NCBI GenBank assembly: GCA_016931455.1 | Contig: JAFGES010000125.1 | Span: 2,561-66,560, forward strand | Reading direction: 5' to 3' | DNA from: Desulfobacterales bacterium | GTDB taxonomy: Bacteria > Desulfobacterota > Desulfobacteria > Desulfobacterales > JAHDSC01 | DNA length: 64,000 nucleotides | Part shown: in pieces, positions 30,456 through 40,077 of the stretch | Position numbering within the stretch: position 1 is the first letter of the stretch | How the letters are laid out: each line of letters opens with the position of its first letter | Translations under genes and position numbers: made by a program | The notes under the pieces: model-generated | Seen by the model: the letters and a program-made list of their open reading frames with translations, nothing else | What the model was told of the DNA's origin: nothing | Database searches by the model: none

Positions 30456-30698
30456 TTAAATTTTTTTAAAGGTCAAAATTGCCTTGCCTCGACGTGGACG
30501 TCGAACTGATAAATCAATTTTCAAGGCATAATTTTTATTAATTTTATTGACTTTGGACTCAATTTTGCGAACGATATGGGAAGGATATTTTTCATTGATC
30601 GGAATTTTTTCTGCCAGCTTCACGGCGTCAATGGACCACGTGTCACGATTTTGAAAGATTTTCACAAGGATTTCATTGAGTTTTTTTGATTTTTCCAT
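30456..30698 (-). CDS. Small basic hypothetical protein (80 aa)
   Basis: ATG at 30698 preceded by GAAGGAAGGAG. No recognisable domain. The track ORF start at 30713 is a TTG inside the RBS. Confidence 0.55.
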   Translation of the reverse strand: MEKSKKLNEILVKIFQNRDTWSIDAVKLAEKIPINEKYPSHIVRKIESKVNKINKNYALKIDLSVRRPRRGKAILTFKKI

Positions 30699-31228
30699 AA
30701 CTCCTTCCTTCAATGGGGGACAGCTTTATAGTGCATTACGATGTCGCTGCCCAGATAACAGCGAAAATATGATAAACGATTCTGCCGGCACAATTTTGTT
30801 GAATTCTTTTTTTAATTCATATTTTTGAGAGCGTTGAAATATGACAGATTTAGAATTTGAGAGTCTTGATTTATTATTTTTAGGTTTAAATGCAAAAATC
30901 ATGCGAAATCGGATAGTTATGTGAAATATAAATATAATTCAAACGCTTAACTTAAAATGGATGGAAACTCAAACCGGCTGATTCGCCACAAATTGTGAAA
31001 TAATTTACTTAATTTTAGCTAAAATTTTTTATAAAATAACAGAAATAAAATTCACAGTTGCAGCTGGGCTTGAATCCTTGTAGTAGCACCGAATTTCATT
31101 GTAATTTAGACTTATTTACCAGAAATATTGACAATAAAGATCTTTTTCGTTAATGAATGTCAATTCGGGTAAATTAGATGGCTAAACTTTAAAAAGGTTT
31201 TTAAAATTGAAAAGACTAGGAAAATGCA

Positions 31229-32938
31229 ATGATTATTGGACTCGATGTTGGCGGCACACACGCAGATGTGGTCCTCTTGGGAAATGAAGGTCTTATAAAA
31301 TACATCAAGGTACCCACCGACCCCACCGATCTTTTTACCACGGTACTTTCGGGCCTAGAAAAAATTACTGAAGGGGTAAAACCTGAAAGGATAAGCCGCA
31401 TTGTCCTCAGCACAACGCTTACTACCAACGCTATCGTTCAAAAAAAATATTCTCCGGTTGGTATGATTGTTTCCAGCGGGCCGGGTATCGATCCGGAAGT
31501 TTTTTGCACCAATAGTCATTACTATCCTGCTTCCGGCTCTATTGACCACAGGGGGCGAGAAATAGAACCGATTGATCAAAATCAGATAAAAGCGATTGCC
31601 GAACATTTAAAAGAAGCCGGAATACAACATGTTGGAGTTGTTTGTAAGTTTTCGGTTAGAAATCCTGATCAGGAATTGCAAATCAGTGAAATATTAAATA
31701 AATCCTTTGAAAAAGTTTTTTTAGGACATCAGATTTCAGGAAATCTTAATTTTCCCCGCCGTATTGCCACAACTTACTTTAACGCGGCAGTATACCCAAT
31801 ACATAGAAAATTTTTCGAAGCAGTTAGAAAATCCCTAGAAAAAAAAGGACTTAAGGTACCGATTCATATTCTTAAAGCCGATGGTGGTACGATGACTTTT
31901 GAGTCGTCAATAGATTTTCCAGGGCAGACGATACTTTCCGGGCCAGCCGCCAGTGTTATGGGTTCGATTGCTTTTGCGTCGGATGAGGAAGAGAGTCTTG
32001 TACTGGATATCGGTGGTACGACAACCGATATGGCGATCCTTATCAATCGTGTTCCCCTCCTCAATCCAATGGGCATTCAATTAGGCCCTTATAAAACCTT
32101 AATTCGATCTTTGGAGACTCACTCCATCGGTATTGGCGGAGATAGTGCGGTGCGGGTTGAAAATGGGAAACTTAAAATCGGGCCTGAACGTAAGGGACAT
32201 GCGATGGCCTATGGCGGACCGGTTCCTACACCTACTGATGCGCTTTTTGCTATGGGAATTATGCAAGAAGGTGATCGGGAAAGATCAGTTAAAGGCCTCA
32301 ATTCTATTGCTGCCGAACTAGGAATCGGCCTTCGAGATGTTTCCGCTAAAATTTTTAATCTTGCTTGCCGAAAAATTTTGGCTGAAGCTCAGGGCATGAT
32401 CAATCGGATCAACAGTAAGCCAGTTTATACCGTTCATGAGCTTCAGGAAGGATATACGGTCTGCCCTAAGAAAATGCTGGTATTGGGGGGGCCGGCTCCC
32501 TATTTTGCAAAACACTTAGAGAAACTATCTGATTTTGATGTCAGTGTAGTTCCGGGGTGGGGGGTGGCAAATGCAATAGGAGCGGCGCTTGCCAGAACAA
32601 CTTGCGAAGTTACGCTGTTCGCCGATACCGAACGGGGATTCGTGACCGCCCCTGAAGAAAAATTCACCGAAAGGGTAAACAAAGATTTTTCCAAAAAAGA
32701 TGCTGTCGACAAGGCTTATGAACTTTTAAAACAAAAAGCCTTGCAAAGGGGTGCAAATCTAGATGATCTTGAAATGGAAGTATTGGAAGAACTGCAATTC
32801 AATATGGTGCGTGGTTTTTATACAACGGGGCGGAACATCCGGGTAAAAGCGCAAGTAAAACCAGGGCTTATTCATAAATTCAATTCCGTCGCCGATTGGA
32901 TTTCATCAGATTCGGGGAGACTGTGCAACTCGCTGTAA
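31229..32938 (+). CDS. Hydantoinase/oxoprolinase (HyuA-type, ASKHA-fold ATPase) family protein
   Basis: MIIGLDVGGTHADVVLL...TTLTTNAIVQ...LVLDIGGTTTDMAI...IGIGGDS. Confidence 0.8.
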   Translation: MIIGLDVGGTHADVVLLGNEGLIKYIKVPTDPTDLFTTVLSGLEKITEGVKPERISRIVLSTTLTTNAIVQKKYSPVGMIVSSGPGIDPEVFCTNSHYYPASGSIDHRGREIEPIDQNQIKAIAEHLKEAGIQHVGVVCKFSVRNPDQELQISEILNKSFEKVFLGHQISGNLNFPRRIATTYFNAAVYPIHRKFFEAVRKSLEKKGLKVPIHILKADGGTMTFESSIDFPGQTILSGPAASVMGSIAFASDEEESLVLDIGGTTTDMAILINRVPLLNPMGIQLGPYKTLIRSLETHSIGIGGDSAVRVENGKLKIGPERKGHAMAYGGPVPTPTDALFAMGIMQEGDRERSVKGLNSIAAELGIGLRDVSAKIFNLACRKILAEAQGMINRINSKPVYTVHELQEGYTVCPKKMLVLGGPAPYFAKHLEKLSDFDVSVVPGWGVANAIGAALARTTCEVTLFADTERGFVTAPEEKFTERVNKDFSKKDAVDKAYELLKQKALQRGANLDDLEMEVLEELQFNMVRGFYTTGRNIRVKAQVKPGLIHKFNSVADWISSDSGRLCNSL

Positions 32939-33010
32939 AAGAATTGAAGTCATTTTCATCTCAGCTGGATCTTCTGATTATTATTATTTTATTCAAATCC
33001 GGAGAAATGA

Positions 33011-34330
33011 ATGCTGCATGCTAAATATAAAACCGGACTGGTATTTTTTCCCGCTTTTGACTGGGCAATAAGCCCTACCCATCCTGAAAGGGAAGAACGC
33101 CTCCTTTATACTCAGGACCAGGTCTTTGAAGAGGGGCTCTTTGATATCGACGGTATAATAGAATTTAAACCAGACCTGGTAACGATTGAAGACGTTCAGC
33201 GTGTTCATTTTTGTGTCCCGGACGTCTGTAATGTGATGACCGAATCCCATTTTATCAGCGCCGGTGGTGCAAAGACGATCGGAATGGCTTTACTTGACCG
33301 GAAGATTGAAAGAGGGTTTGCACTCGTGCGGCCTCCGGGTCACCATGCCATGCGTGTGGTCCATGGAGCCAGAGGTTTCTGTAATATCAATATTGAAGCC
33401 ATCATGATCGAATTTTTACGACAGACCTATAATATAAAAAAGGTTGCCATCGTTGATACGGACTGTCATCACGGCGATGGAACCCAGGATATTTATTGGC
33501 ATGATCCGAATACGCTCTTTATATCTCTGCATCAAGATGGCCGGACGCTTTATCCCGGATCCGGATTCACAAATGAGATGGGTGGGCCGACTGCAATAGG
33601 TACGACACTTAACATTCCTTTGCCGCCGCAGACATCTGAAGAAGGATTTTTATATACCATTGAAAATATCGTATTGCCGATCATTAATGATTTTAAACCG
33701 GAAATTATTATCAACTCGGCTGGACAGGACAATCACTTTTCAGATCCGATCACCAATATGAACTTTTCAGCTCAAGGATACGCCCATCTGACTAGACTCC
33801 TAAAACCGGATATCGCCGTGCTTGAAGGCGGATATTCGATTGAAGGGGCACTGCCCTATGTAAATTTAGGTATCATTTTAGCCATGGCCGGATTAGATTA
33901 CAGCCGAGTAAAAGAACCGAATTATGACCCGGCTAGTATTCGCCAGAAAACAAAAGTGACTGAGTGGATCAAGCAGACTGGAGAAGTCGTGCTGAATAAC
34001 TGGCAGCAAAAGGAAAAGATCAAGTCCGAAATTTTGAATGCAAAAGAATTTGATGAACGAAAACGTAATATCTATTATGATACGGACAATCTGATTGAAA
34101 CCCAAATTGAGACACTGCGTGTTTGCTCCGACTGCAGTGGTGTACTAAAGATTGATTCATCTTCAGACCGTGGCTTTCGCATTCTTGCCGTTCATATCCC
34201 TAGAAAAGCTTGTAAAGATTGCAAGGAAATCGGCTATCGATGGTATGAATCGGAAAAGTCGGATCGCTATGATTTCGTTTTTCTACAAGATCGCACCGAA
34301 GATCAGTACAGGGTAAAGAAGCTGAAATAA
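33011..34330 (+). CDS. Histone-deacetylase-family (arginase-fold) amidohydrolase with a C-terminal Cys4 zinc-ribbon-like extension
   Basis: RPPGHHA, DTDCHHGDGTQ, SAGQDNHFSDP and LEGGYS motifs. An extra ~70 aa carry CSDC...N25...CKDC. Confidence 0.85.
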   Translation: MLHAKYKTGLVFFPAFDWAISPTHPEREERLLYTQDQVFEEGLFDIDGIIEFKPDLVTIEDVQRVHFCVPDVCNVMTESHFISAGGAKTIGMALLDRKIERGFALVRPPGHHAMRVVHGARGFCNINIEAIMIEFLRQTYNIKKVAIVDTDCHHGDGTQDIYWHDPNTLFISLHQDGRTLYPGSGFTNEMGGPTAIGTTLNIPLPPQTSEEGFLYTIENIVLPIINDFKPEIIINSAGQDNHFSDPITNMNFSAQGYAHLTRLLKPDIAVLEGGYSIEGALPYVNLGIILAMAGLDYSRVKEPNYDPASIRQKTKVTEWIKQTGEVVLNNWQQKEKIKSEILNAKEFDERKRNIYYDTDNLIETQIETLRVCSDCSGVLKIDSSSDRGFRILAVHIPRKACKDCKEIGYRWYESEKSDRYDFVFLQDRTEDQYRVKKLK

Positions 34331-34361
34331 TGCCCATTCGGCAATTGTTTTTTTCCATAAA

Positions 34362-35300
34362 ATGCAGTCGAAAAGATTTGTGAAGATTTATCGGCAATCA
34401 TTGATAAAAAAAAATCTCGAGTTAAGATCCCGAATAATCCAAGCGATTCGAATTTATTTTCAGGATTATGGTTATTTGGAAGTCGAGACTCCATGTCGAA
34501 TTCCTGCACCTGCACCGGAAGCATACATAGATGCAGAAGTATCAGGCAGTTGGTTTTTGCATACTTCTCCGGAATTATGTATGAAACGTCTCATTGCTGC
34601 CGGATATCCTAAAGTATTTCAGATTTGTAGATGTTTTCGACAAAATGAACGCGGCAGTCGGCATCTGCCTGAATTTACCCTTCTTGAATGGTATTGTACC
34701 CACTGTGACTATCGGGATCTAATGGATCAATGTGAAGATTTGATCCAACGGGTTGCCTGTGATAATGGTTTTAAAGATGCTATTATATATCAGGGTGAAA
34801 GAATTGAGCTCTCAAGTCCCTGGCAGAGAATGTCGGTGGCGGAAGCATTTGATGCGTTTGCATCCGTGTCCATTAGTGATGCGCTTTTATCCAACACCTT
34901 TGATGAAGTGATGGCTTGTGAAATAGAGCCTCATCTCGGGCGGCAAGCCCCTCTTTTTCTTTATGATTATCCAGCTTCCAAAGGGGCTCTTGCCAGACTG
35001 AAACCCACTGATAAATCCCTTGCGGAGCGATTCGAGCTCTATATAAGCGGTCTTGAACTTTGCAACGCCTTTACCGAACTTATCGATACGGATGAACAAA
35101 GCAAGCGCTTTGAAGCGGAAAACCACGAACGCAGTTTGGCGGGTAAGCACCTGTATCCTAATCCGGAAAAGTTTCTGAAGGCCTTGAAGCATATGCCTGA
35201 AACCTCCGGGAATGCGCTTGGCATTGATCGACTGGTGATGCTTTTTGCGGATTCAATTCATATTGATGAGGTGGTTGCTTTTGGGCCGGAGGAATTATAG
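34362..35300 (+). CDS. epmA: EF-P lysine-34 (R)-beta-lysine ligase (EpmA/GenX/PoxA), class II LysRS-core paralogue
   Basis: YLEVETP, FLHTSPE, VFQICRCFRQNERGSRHLPEFTLLEWY, ELCNAFTEL and GNALGIDRLVML (class II motifs 1-3). About 310 aa with no anticodon-binding domain. Confidence 0.85.
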   Translation: MQSKRFVKIYRQSLIKKNLELRSRIIQAIRIYFQDYGYLEVETPCRIPAPAPEAYIDAEVSGSWFLHTSPELCMKRLIAAGYPKVFQICRCFRQNERGSRHLPEFTLLEWYCTHCDYRDLMDQCEDLIQRVACDNGFKDAIIYQGERIELSSPWQRMSVAEAFDAFASVSISDALLSNTFDEVMACEIEPHLGRQAPLFLYDYPASKGALARLKPTDKSLAERFELYISGLELCNAFTELIDTDEQSKRFEAENHERSLAGKHLYPNPEKFLKALKHMPETSGNALGIDRLVMLFADSIHIDEVVAFGPEEL

Positions 35301-35335
35301 ACAATGACTTTACCCTTTAGCATGCATACTCAAGT

Positions 35336-36532
35336 TTATTTTTCAAAACCACTTGGCTTCAACGTCTCTTGTTTTTCATAGGCGCGGGCAAAAAAGACAA
35401 AAATTCCAACCGCCATAATAGCGGCTCCTAAAGGGAAAACCTGCTGGATATCAAACATATCTACCATTAATCCCCCAAGCAAAGCACCGGTGAGCATTCC
35501 AAAGCTGTGAGCCATGAACATCAGGCCCATAACGGATCCCATGGCCTTGACTTGATTGCCTTTTAATACTGCAAGGGCCATAAGCGCCGGCATTGCCGTG
35601 CCGCCTCCAAGACCAAAAAAAATATTACCCCAAAACAGGTCCCAGAAATCTTTTGCCCATCCGAGTGAAAGAATCGCACCTCCCGCTATAATACCGCCGG
35701 CGATAATCATCATTTTCCTGTTCCAACGATCTGATAGAAAGCCCATTGGAGCGTGAATCAATCCACTGATTAAGACGCCGAGCATCACCAAAACGCCGAT
35801 GGAGGAACTGGAAAGTGAAAATTTCGAGTCTGCAAAAAGGGGCATAAAACTCCAGATGATACTGATACAGGCCGTATAAGCGAACCTGAATAGGAAAAGG
35901 CCGGAAATAACTCCATCATTTAATAGCTGTTTCCACGTAATCGGATATTTTTCACGGTATACTATTTGTTCGCAATGAGTCGGCGGAAGGAAAAAAACGC
36001 TTAAAAAAAAACCAACAAGCGATAGAAAACCCATGCAGGCAAAGGATGTGTTGAGGCTGAAACGGTCATTAATAAATCCGCCGATAAGGGGGCCGATGCT
36101 CAACCCTCCAAATACGGATATATTAAACATTCCCATTGTTAGGCCTTCACTGCCTTCGGGAGTTATATCGCCCACATAAGCTTGGATGACAGGCATCATC
36201 ATCGCAGATCCGATCCCTTGCATAAATCGTATCAGAATCAGTGTTTCAATATCCTCAGAAAGCATGAAAGCCAATGAAACGAACGCATAGGCCAAAAGAC
36301 CTGCAACAATAAGCGGCTTACGTCCTTTTTGATCAGAAAGCCTTCCAAAGAAAGGCATTAAAAAAGTTCTCGAGAGAGAAAATGCACCGAATATTAACCC
36401 GATATATAACCCACCGGCACCCAAATTATGAGCATAGACGGGAAGCAAGGGGACAACGATTCCTACACCGGTAATTGAGGCGAATATAGAAAAGAACAGA
36501 GTAGCAAAGACTTTTTTATCTAATTTTTTCAT
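35336..36532 (-). CDS. MFS transporter
   Basis: 12-TM pattern with the GRLSDQKGRKP motif. The start is set at the ATG after GAAGGAAA; the track ORF begins at a TTG at 36550. Confidence 0.85.
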   Translation of the reverse strand: MKKLDKKVFATLFFSIFASITGVGIVVPLLPVYAHNLGAGGLYIGLIFGAFSLSRTFLMPFFGRLSDQKGRKPLIVAGLLAYAFVSLAFMLSEDIETLILIRFMQGIGSAMMMPVIQAYVGDITPEGSEGLTMGMFNISVFGGLSIGPLIGGFINDRFSLNTSFACMGFLSLVGFFLSVFFLPPTHCEQIVYREKYPITWKQLLNDGVISGLFLFRFAYTACISIIWSFMPLFADSKFSLSSSSIGVLVMLGVLISGLIHAPMGFLSDRWNRKMMIIAGGIIAGGAILSLGWAKDFWDLFWGNIFFGLGGGTAMPALMALAVLKGNQVKAMGSVMGLMFMAHSFGMLTGALLGGLMVDMFDIQQVFPLGAAIMAVGIFVFFARAYEKQETLKPSGFEK

Positions 36533-36771
36533 ATTCACTGTTTCCTTCAAAACGTACTTTCATAGCATTGTGGTTCCGGTTGTACAAGAAGCTTTTCAGA
36601 ATCTGATCATAATTATTTGAATTTTAAACAGAAAATCAATAAAATCGACTTTGCTGTTTTGCTGACCGATTCAGAATAAAGGGTGCGGTTGGCTTTGAAG
36701 GGATCAAAATAATGTAGGCGTATTTTATTTGCTTAAAGTTGGAGCTATTTAGTTCTTCATAGGTTCGGTTT

Positions 36772-37701
36772 TTATAACTGCTTTTTCTTTTGGCATATCC
36801 ACCTTAAGGTGTTGGGCAGTTGCAATTTTTTCCGATATGTTTTTAGAAAATTTTGTTTGACACTGTATTGAGGCTTATTTTCGGTTTTAGAGCTTTGAGA
36901 CGGTATTTGTAATTCTTGTGTGCATTCTTTGATAATTTTTTCTCCTATCACTTTGCAATCTTTTACATAACCGGTCAGCAAGGATAGATCACAAATGATA
37001 TTAATTAGGCGAGGATATCCTTGGGAAAAGCAAAAGATTTCACGAACAGCTTTGGAGCTGAAAATTTTACTTTCAGATCCCGCTACTTTTAGACGATAGC
37101 GGATATAAGCTTCTGTTTCCTCTTCAGTTAAAGGATCGATATTGTAATTTATGGATATTCGCTGCCTGAGTGCTTTATTTTCGGGTTTAACTAATATTTC
37201 GTTAAATTCATTTTGTCCGACAAAGAAAATATTTATTAGTTTTTTTTTCTGTTTCTCAATGTTGGAAAGCAGGCGTATTTCTTCAAGCAACTCATGATTG
37301 AGGCGTTGAGCCTCGTCAATGATCAGTAAGACTTGTTTATTGGAAGCGTAATTTTTATAAAGAAAGTTAGTGAAAATAATCAAAAAAGTTGCTTTGTTGT
37401 TGAAATTTAGATTAATTTTAAAAGAATTGGCAATGAAATTGAAAAAGTCAATCTTTTCAAGACCTGGATCGGAAACTTTTGCAATTGTAATATCTTCACC
37501 GAGGCTGTTAAGCAACGCGTTAATTAACGTAGTTTTCCCCGTACCCACGTCGCCGGTAAGAAGAAGAAAACCCTTATTGTCTTGGAGGCCGTACTTCAAT
37601 ACAGAAAGGGCTTCTTTGTGTTTTTCCCCCAACCAAAGAAATCTCGGGTCGGTGCTGATCTGAAATGGTTTTTCTTTTAAATTATAATGTGATAGATACA
37701 T
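36772..37701 (-). CDS. ExeA-like AAA ATPase (secretion/EPS-locus type)
   Basis: MYLSHYNLKEKPF...GDVGTGKTTL (Walker A), LLIIDEAQ (Walker B). Resembles the ExeA/MshM and PEP-CTERM-locus ATPase families. Confidence 0.8.
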   Translation of the reverse strand: MYLSHYNLKEKPFQISTDPRFLWLGEKHKEALSVLKYGLQDNKGFLLLTGDVGTGKTTLINALLNSLGEDITIAKVSDPGLEKIDFFNFIANSFKINLNFNNKATFLIIFTNFLYKNYASNKQVLLIIDEAQRLNHELLEEIRLLSNIEKQKKKLINIFFVGQNEFNEILVKPENKALRQRISINYNIDPLTEEETEAYIRYRLKVAGSESKIFSSKAVREIFCFSQGYPRLINIICDLSLLTGYVKDCKVIGEKIIKECTQELQIPSQSSKTENKPQYSVKQNFLKTYRKKLQLPNTLRWICQKKKQL

Positions 37702-37718
37702 TAGATGCTCAGACGTTT

Positions 37719-39065
37719 TTATTTTTGAAAATGAGTCAAGGTAGACTCTATCAGATTTCTGATTTCTTGAAGTCTTTTTTCCGACATGGCTTCAAAACGC
37801 AATACGAGAGCGGGCTGAGTATTGGATGCACGCACAAGCCCCCATCCATCTTCAAACAGGACTCGAACGCCATCGATATCGATCACATCGTAACGTGTCC
37901 GAAAATACTCGGTTACTTTTTGAATCAAGGCAAACTTTTTGTTATCCGGGCATGCAACACGTATTTCAGGCGTGCTATAGGTTTTGGGAACATCAGATAG
38001 CAGCTCCGATATTCGTTTGCCTGTATTGGAAAGGATTTCAAGGAGCCTGCAAGAGGCATAGACGGCATCATCATACCCCAGATAACGGTCGGCAAAAAAC
38101 ATGTGTCCGCTCATCTCAGCACCCAGTTCAGCTTTTTCAGCTTTTATCTTTTGTTTGATAATGGAATGCCCGGTTTTCCACATAATAGCCCTACCGCCAT
38201 GTTGTTCGATGTCATCATACATTGTTTTTGAGCATTTTACCTCGGATATAAATGTAGCACCGGGTTTGCGTGAAAGGATTTCGCGGGCAAATATGATCAT
38301 AAGCCTGTCCCCATATACAATGTTTCCTTTTTCATCCACAACGCCGATGCGATCTCCATCACCATCATAACCGATTCCCACGTCCAACTCTTTTTCTTTT
38401 ACCATTGTGATAAGATCTTGCATATTGGCTATAACTGTCGGATCGGCTTCATGATTGGGAAAGTTGCCGTCCATATCGCAATACAGGTCATAAACCATGC
38501 AATTCAAAGATTTGAGTAGGGGTACGGCAATGACTCCTGCAGTGCCGTTACCGGCATCTAAACCGACTTTAATAGGTTTGGGTATTTTAATGTTTTGCCG
38601 GACAAACTCTTTGTATGGGGTAACTGCATCGGCGGAGGTTGCCGAGCCTTTTCCTGTGGTGAACGATTTTTTAAAAATAATATCGGCTATTTTTTGGATC
38701 TCTTGACCATAAATAGAATCCATGCCGATACAAAGTTTAAAACCATTGTATTGAGGCGGATTATGGCTTGCGGTAACCATGACGCCGCCTTCCTGCTTAA
38801 AGTGCCTGATCGCAAAATATAATACAGGGGTGGGGCACACTCCGATATCGATGATGTCGCATCCGGTTGATTTTAACCCCTCAATAACTTTTTGAGCATA
38901 CTGCTTGGAGGTCAGTCTACAATCCCGCCCTACAGGAAGCTTTGAGCATCCGCGTTGTCGAAGATAGCTTCCGATACCTTTTCCAATCTGCAACACATCA
39001 TCCGGGGTCATATCCTTACCGGTAATGCCTCTGATATCATACTCTCTAAAAATTTCCGGATTCAT
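37719..39065 (-). CDS. Phosphomannomutase/phosphoglucomutase
   Basis: MNPEIFREYDIRG..., active-site TASHNP, GYDGDGDR metal loop, GAEMSGH sugar loop. The start is set at the Met that avoids overlap with uppP. Confidence 0.9.
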   Translation of the reverse strand: MNPEIFREYDIRGITGKDMTPDDVLQIGKGIGSYLRQRGCSKLPVGRDCRLTSKQYAQKVIEGLKSTGCDIIDIGVCPTPVLYFAIRHFKQEGGVMVTASHNPPQYNGFKLCIGMDSIYGQEIQKIADIIFKKSFTTGKGSATSADAVTPYKEFVRQNIKIPKPIKVGLDAGNGTAGVIAVPLLKSLNCMVYDLYCDMDGNFPNHEADPTVIANMQDLITMVKEKELDVGIGYDGDGDRIGVVDEKGNIVYGDRLMIIFAREILSRKPGATFISEVKCSKTMYDDIEQHGGRAIMWKTGHSIIKQKIKAEKAELGAEMSGHMFFADRYLGYDDAVYASCRLLEILSNTGKRISELLSDVPKTYSTPEIRVACPDNKKFALIQKVTEYFRTRYDVIDIDGVRVLFEDGWGLVRASNTQPALVLRFEAMSEKRLQEIRNLIESTLTHFQK

Positions 39066-39079
39066 ACGTATTTCCCTTT

Positions 39080-39907
39080 TTACCATCCTAAAATTAAAGT
39101 CGTAATTCCTGCTATCCAGCAATAGGGAGCAAAAAAATAAAACCGGCCTTTCTTGACCAGATGAAGCAGCCATTTGAGCGCCACATAACCGACGGCAAAC
39201 GATATCAGTGTTCCTAAAACCGTCATCATTATATTTGGAGTAATCGTGAGGGATGATAGATCCTTCAAACTCAGAATCTCGGCGCCTATAATGGCAGGCA
39301 GGAACAGAAGAAACGAATATCTGGCGGCTGTTTCGCGGTTTAAACCCAAAAAAAGACCGATGGCAATGGTTGAACCGGATCGCGATATCCCGGGCAATAT
39401 GGCTGCTCCCTGCATCAGTCCGATAAGCATAGCCTTTTTGATTGAAAAATGGATGATGCTTACGCCGTCCTTTTTAATGCGGCGGGTGCCCCATAAAAGT
39501 AAGCCCGTTATCAGAAGCATAAAGCCCACTAAAACGGTCGATGAAAAAATCCGATCCGATATTTTATGAAACAAGATCCCTAACAAAGCCGTTGGAATAG
39601 ACCCGACTACAATCAGCAGGGCCATTTTTAGGTCCGAATCTTCATGAATATAAGCAAAAGGAACTTCTTTTTTGAGTGCTGATACGATGAAACGGGAAAT
39701 GGAACCTAATATTGACCGTATTTCCGCCCAAAAGAAAATTATAACCGCTCCTAGAGTACCTAAATGCAAGCTGATATCAAAAAAAAGTGCCGGTTCTTTC
39801 AGCCCGAAAAGATGCTGAAAAATAACCAGGTGTCCTGAGCTGCTGACTGGTAAAAATTCCGTAATGCCTTGAATAACTCCCAGTGCAACTGCTTGTAAAG
39901 ATTCCAT
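39080..39907 (-). CDS. uppP: Undecaprenyl-diphosphate phosphatase
   Basis: GITEFLPVSSSGHL and PGISRSGSTI motifs; 8-TM protein. Confidence 0.92.
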   Translation of the reverse strand: MESLQAVALGVIQGITEFLPVSSSGHLVIFQHLFGLKEPALFFDISLHLGTLGAVIIFFWAEIRSILGSISRFIVSALKKEVPFAYIHEDSDLKMALLIVVGSIPTALLGILFHKISDRIFSSTVLVGFMLLITGLLLWGTRRIKKDGVSIIHFSIKKAMLIGLMQGAAILPGISRSGSTIAIGLFLGLNRETAARYSFLLFLPAIIGAEILSLKDLSSLTITPNIMMTVLGTLISFAVGYVALKWLLHLVKKGRFYFFAPYCWIAGITTLILGW

Positions 39908-40077
39908 TTAGACCAATTCCTGTTTGAGGTGATGAGCCATTAAAATTATACTTGAATGCATTGAAACAATCAACGAATAAAGGCAAGCAAGCTTTTATAT
40001 AGATATAACAAATAATCGGGATAATACCGATCAAACTTTAACTTTACTGTTGGATTGTTTTTTTTCACAGAGGCCAT

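Noticed and set aside
30841-30924. 27-codon ORF (MTDLEFESLDLLFLGLNAKIMRNRIVM) in the long leader upstream of the hydantoinase-like gene
   Set aside because: It has a weak or absent RBS and no supporting context, and is indistinguishable from a chance ORF in AT-rich DNA.
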